Source: Lama glama
Lineage: Eukaryota
Direction of reading: 5' to 3'
NCBI GenBank assembly: GCA_028534125.1
Contig: CM052816.1
Location: 8,372,001 to 8,436,000, forward strand
Length of the DNA: 64,000 bases
In this document: positions 61,101-64,000 of the stretch, piece by piece
Layout of the letters: each line of letters starts with the position of its first letter
Numbering within the stretch: position 1 is the stretch's first letter
Position numbers and translations under genes: made by a program
Notes under the pieces: model-generated
Told to the model about the DNA's origin: nothing
Databases searched by the model: none
What the model saw: only the letters and a program-made list of their open reading frames with translations

Positions 61101-64000
61101 TCTCATTTTCATCTGAATCACACTTTAGCCAATGCAGCTTACTCACTTAACACATAGGAGACAGATAATGTGGATTAGACTCTGAAAGGGCACTGATCTT
61201 GGCATCTGAAACTGTGAGCTGAAATCCCATGTCTGGTGTAGTCTTAAGCAAATCCATTCCCCCTTGTAGGCCCCTGCTGCCCCATCTATAAAATGAGGAA
61301 GCTGGATCTGGCTACTAACAAGTTCCTTTCCAGCTCTGAAAGTTTAGGACTCTGAATTAGCTAAAGATTTAAATACCAGAATGTATAATACTCAATAAAA
61401 CCTTTAAAAGCATAAAACACAAATCAACAGGCCAAACTGGAAATCAAGGCAGCAAGCAAGGATTCTGACATCACTGGTTTCTCCCAGACTTACAAAGATA
61501 AGGATGAACAGATCACAAGCTAAGAAGGCTTCACAAGAGAATGTGTACAGGGAAGCAGTTATCTGATAAAGGCCTGAATATAAACATTAACACTGACCTA
61601 GGATCTTAAGGCTTAAAAAATACTTTCTTGACCTTAAAAACCAATCCTATTAAGTTAGGTACTATTACTATTCCCATTTCACAAGTGAGGAGATTGAAGC
61701 TCAGGGAGGGTAAACTTTTCCAAAACACAAAATTAGTAAAAGCAGTAAAGCTGGGACTCCAGGCCAGGTGTTCTAAGGAGCATGGAGACCAGGTACTAGA
61801 GGCACAACCCTGCATGGCTAACTGGCACCAAGAAAAAGGTACTTTTGTTTTATTTTTTCAATCCAAACTGAAAGTTACCCAAAAAGGAAGACAAAAAAGT
61901 TCAAAGAGAATAGTTAAGTGAGAACTGAAATTAAATAGAACAAAAAATAATTTCAGAAGCATCATTTCAAAGGAAGTAAGTCAATTACAAAAAGATCCTT
62001 AAATAAATCAAAAGCAAGACGTCGATGAGACTACTTAGGGTACAAAGGAAGCCCTCAGAGATGAAACTGTTAAAAACAGCACTCAGATGAAACACGGAAG
62101 CAGACTGTCCAAATCCTTTATGGAGCTTTTTTTGGAGAGATAATGAAGAAATGATATTCTCAAGTCACCCTTTGAAGCAGACAGTTCAAGACTTAATCAA
62201 CAAATCCAGGCACACAGAAACCAGGCTGGCCTGAATGGTATTCATCTTACAGTCTGTAAGGAATGACACTAGACCATGCGCCCTGCTACTTGGCAGGAGA
62301 CCTGAATGGCTGCCAAGGAGAGAGTCGGCCACAAGGTCTCTGATGGGCTCCCCAAGTCTGCAGCAGGAGGGTCTTACCTGCACACCAGGCAATGTGGGAG
62401 AGGTTAAACAGCACATAAAGCCTCACCCAGTCTCGGCACACTCCAGATGTTCATTAAATGCTACCTTTTCTTACTATATGGTCACTGGACATTTAATCTA
62501 CTCAAGATTTATTGACCAAGTCAGTATGTGCCAAGAACTCAGCAAGGTGTTTTACATCATTTATTTTAAACATTGTGAGTAGATACTATTATCCTCATTT
62601 TACAAATGTGGAAACCAGGACTCAAAGGTTAAGTGATTCTTCCAAGGTCACAGCTAGTTAACGTTAGAGGTAATCTATTCATGATCTTGGTGGTAGTGAC
62701 AGAGATGATACGAGACATAAATTTACATATGGATAAAGAAAAATCATTATAGATGATCTACTTAAATTTTTAAAAGTCTTAATAAGGACTGATATCAGTG
62801 TCTAGTTTTAAAAACCTTACCACTCCAGGATTAGGTACTTTTCCTGTATCTTGGGCAAAAAGACTGGCTTTCTAATGGGGAAACCAAAGAGAGTATGTGA
62901 ACTTTTCCTAGACTCCACCTCCTCTTCCACACAAGGATTGTTTCCCAGACTCAGAGTTTATAAATAAATCATTGAGGAGTACAGGGTGGCATCTCCAAGA
63001 CTGTAGGCAACACTGAGCTCTTCCAAGAAGACAAATGCCAAGCCAACAAGGACAGAATAGTCTAAAAGGGTGTAGCAGATGGGCTCCACTAAGGGAAATA
63101 TCACCTGCGCTGCTGCAACACAGTTGCTGCAGCCCCACAGAACCTTTGCTCTGTGTTATCAAAAAAGAAGTCAGCAACAATTGTTTCAAGGAAACAAAAG
63201 GGGAAAAAAGGAGTTAAGGCTAAAAGGTTTCAGTTTGCAATAACAAGGTTATTTTTTCCTGCAGGAATTTCAGTCACTGCTCCCCCCTTCCGAAGCTTAA
63301 TAGCTGTCAGTGCATTTTGTTACTGTGAACTACAAATAACAAAATGGTAGACAGATAAGACACAAACCTAAGTGCTTCCTTGTTTATTCTTTAAACCAAG
63401 GATTCAAAGCCGCAGTCTCCTCCATTAACTTCAGCTTTAACCTTGCACTTCTCCTAGCATACCTCAATACCACCAGTGGTAACAAAAGAATGTGGCATTA
63501 TATAAAAGCAGCTGTATCTACCGCTAAACATGCAAGCCTAATTGCTGATTATAACTGACAGTGATCAGCATGACACAAATTCATTACATATACATTTAAT
63601 TACATATACATTCAACTGACAACATGAAAACTCTTGGTACAGAAGAAATGCCTATAGAAGCTGCTCTATGAAAACACTACTACTCAGAAGGACAAGGGAT
63701 CTGACTTTTGCTAAAATTCAGAAAAGGAACGTAAGGCTCACTGCAGATAACCCAGAAAATGTCAGCTCCATTTATTGCTGCAACCAAAGAAGACAAGAGA
63801 GTGCAGGGCATCTTCAAAATAGAAACAGACAATATCAGATTCAAGACAGGTAAAAGTGACTCAACTCAGTTTTTCCAAGAAAAAGAAACAGGAGAACATG
63901 GGATTGGTCACCCCAAAGCCTTAACCACTGAAGCGGTGAAGGGATTAGTTGGGGGTAAAAAATTACTTACAGGATCCAAACCTTCTTTCTCTAGTTTGGC
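21696..64000 (-). CDS. HMGXB3: HMGXB3 (HMG-box containing 3), spliced CDS span; 5' end lies outside the window
   Basis: 18 phase-compatible GT-AG exons totalling 3597 nt (1198 aa plus stop), from [10 protein letters not shown] to ...[19 protein letters not shown]. Known tail-to-tail neighbour of CSF1R. Confidence 0.96.
22411..26422. repeat. ~4-kb C/T-rich, pentamer-based satellite-like array
   Basis: Near-continuous CTCCT/CCCCT/TTCCT/CAAAT/CCAAT units with very little G on the + strand; long internal blocks recur. Confidence 0.95.
26436..26645 (-). CDS. HMGXB3: HMGXB3 penultimate exon
   Basis: gccag| [21 protein letters not shown]...SSPTEPPV |gtgagt; 210 nt. Confidence 0.94.
27784..27900 (-). 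CDS. HMGXB3: HMGXB3 exon
   Basis: tctag| [39 protein letters not shown] |gtaaga; 117 nt. Confidence 0.92.
28631..28764 (-). CDS. HMGXB3: HMGXB3 exon
   Basis: tgcag| [21 protein letters not shown]...PFGAEDSK |gtgagc; 134 nt. Confidence 0.93.
30106..30325 (-). CDS. HMGXB3: HMGXB3 exon
   Basis: tttag| [25 protein letters not shown]...DVQPVP |gtaagg; 220 nt. Confidence 0.93.
31068..31269. mobile_element. MER5A DNA transposon
   Basis: Termini agtggttctcaaagtgtggtccc...tctgagaaccattg with a typical MER5A interior. Confidence 0.8.
33704..33888 (-). CDS. HMGXB3: HMGXB3 exon
   Basis: tccag| [25 protein letters not shown]...MICGICG...LKSVE |gtgagt; 185 nt. Confidence 0.93.
34683..35240 (+). mobile_element. 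5'-truncated, relatively young L1 with a 15-bp target-site duplication
   Basis: [22 protein letters not shown] (ORF2 C-terminus) plus 3' UTR; duplication AAGAATGTCTCCTTT at 34666-34680 and 35241-35255. Confidence 0.92.
35364..35495 (-). CDS. HMGXB3: HMGXB3 exon
   Basis: tacag| [29 protein letters not shown]...VQEQT |gtaagg; 132 nt. Confidence 0.93.
36340..38105 (+). mobile_element. Old L1M ORF2 3' part and 3' UTR
   Basis: ataaacctaacaaaatatgtg...catgttcatggattggaaga...ggcccaacaatctgactcctagg...ggggtgatggaactatt. Confidence 0.88.
38976..39103 (-). CDS. HMGXB3: HMGXB3 exon
   Basis: actag| [42 protein letters not shown] |gtgggt; 128 nt. Confidence 0.92.
39627..39928 (-). CDS. HMGXB3: HMGXB3 exon
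   Basis: tccag| [16 protein letters not shown]...[14 protein letters not shown] |gtaagc; 302 nt. Confidence 0.93.
43304..43453 (-). CDS. HMGXB3: HMGXB3 exon (Cys4 motif 2)
   Basis: tttag| [35 protein letters not shown]...TTKVL |gtgagt; 150 nt. Confidence 0.93.
44981..45079 (-). CDS. HMGXB3: HMGXB3 exon
   Basis: cacag| [33 protein letters not shown] |gtaagt; 99 nt. Confidence 0.88.
47163..47260 (-). CDS. HMGXB3: HMGXB3 exon
   Basis: ctcag| [33 protein letters not shown] |gtaaga; 98 nt. Confidence 0.9.
47398..47573 (-). CDS. HMGXB3: HMGXB3 exon
   Basis: tccag| [29 protein letters not shown]...QAFPLS |gtaagg; 176 nt. Confidence 0.92.
48259..48464. mobile_element. MER8-like (Tigger2-derived) MITE
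   Basis: Terminal inverted repeats catctGACTCTTGAACA (48259-48275) and TGTTCAAGAGTCaactg (48448-48464); interior ttaggggcactgacccc. Confidence 0.8.
48797..48985. mobile_element. MER20 DNA transposon
   Basis: gtttagcagcagccctggcctctacccact...aaccaaaaatgtctct...atgtcccctggggcaaa...tgaaaaccaatg. Confidence 0.82.
49591..50009 (-). CDS. HMGXB3: HMGXB3 exon
   Basis: tctag| [18 protein letters not shown]...PAPKKAMG |gtaaac; 419 nt. Confidence 0.92.
52379..52620 (+). mobile_element. Short L1 3'-end insertion whose poly(A) has decayed into microsatellite
   Basis: gctgtacaccagaaactgacacaacattg L1 tail, then (GAAA)n/(GA)n/(CAAA)n; target-site duplication GAACGGCTT at 52370-52378 and 52621-52629. Confidence 0.85.
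54008..54139 (-). CDS. HMGXB3: HMGXB3 exon (Cys4 motif 1)
   Basis: aacag| [44 protein letters not shown] |gtaaaa; 132 nt. Confidence 0.92.
55860..55959. other. Assembly gap (100 N)
   Basis: Run of N inside an L1. Confidence 1.
56076..56184 (+). mobile_element. Vic-1-like SINE with an 11-bp target-site duplication
   Basis: tagctccgtggtaga (A box)...gggttcaattc (B box)...A/T tail; duplication ACATAAAATAG at 56065-56075 and 56185-56195. Confidence 0.88.
59205..59303 (-). CDS. HMGXB3: HMGXB3 exon
   Basis: cacag| [33 protein letters not shown] |gtcagt; 99 nt. Confidence 0.9.
60440..60937 (-). CDS. HMGXB3: HMGXB3 exon
   Basis: ctcag| [23 protein letters not shown]...VVTVMR |gtaagt; 498 nt. Confidence 0.93.
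63971..64000 (-). CDS. HMGXB3: HMGXB3 exon, partial (end of the HMG-box region)
   Basis: [10 protein letters not shown] |gtaagt; cut by the window edge. Confidence 0.85.

Overview
Mammalian genomic DNA, most likely from a camelid, judged from Vic-1-like tRNA-derived SINEs. It holds two genes arranged tail to tail. CSF1R is on the + strand: ATG at 9240, stop at 20037, with its purine-rich macrophage promoter and the intronic FIRE enhancer. About 10 central CSF1R exons are hidden by an undersized 500-N gap. HMGXB3 is on the - strand: 18 exons resolved from the window edge at 64000 down to the stop at 21696, splicing into one open frame of 1198 aa. Upstream of CSF1R are a decayed class I ERV (pro/RT/IN remnants plus one 3' LTR, sense to CSF1R) and L1 fragments whose order appears permuted. 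The introns contain L1, SINE, MIR, MER5, MER20 and MER8 remnants. The most unusual structures are a ~4-kb pentamer-based C/T-rich array with higher-order repeats in the last HMGXB3 intron, a ~410-bp palindrome centred on a MER8, an apparent L1 3' transduction with a nested SINE, and back-to-back poly(A) signals between the two genes. Exon boundaries were read by hand from GT-AG sites and phase. Repeat family names and comparisons with human or mouse come from recalled sequences, not from a search.
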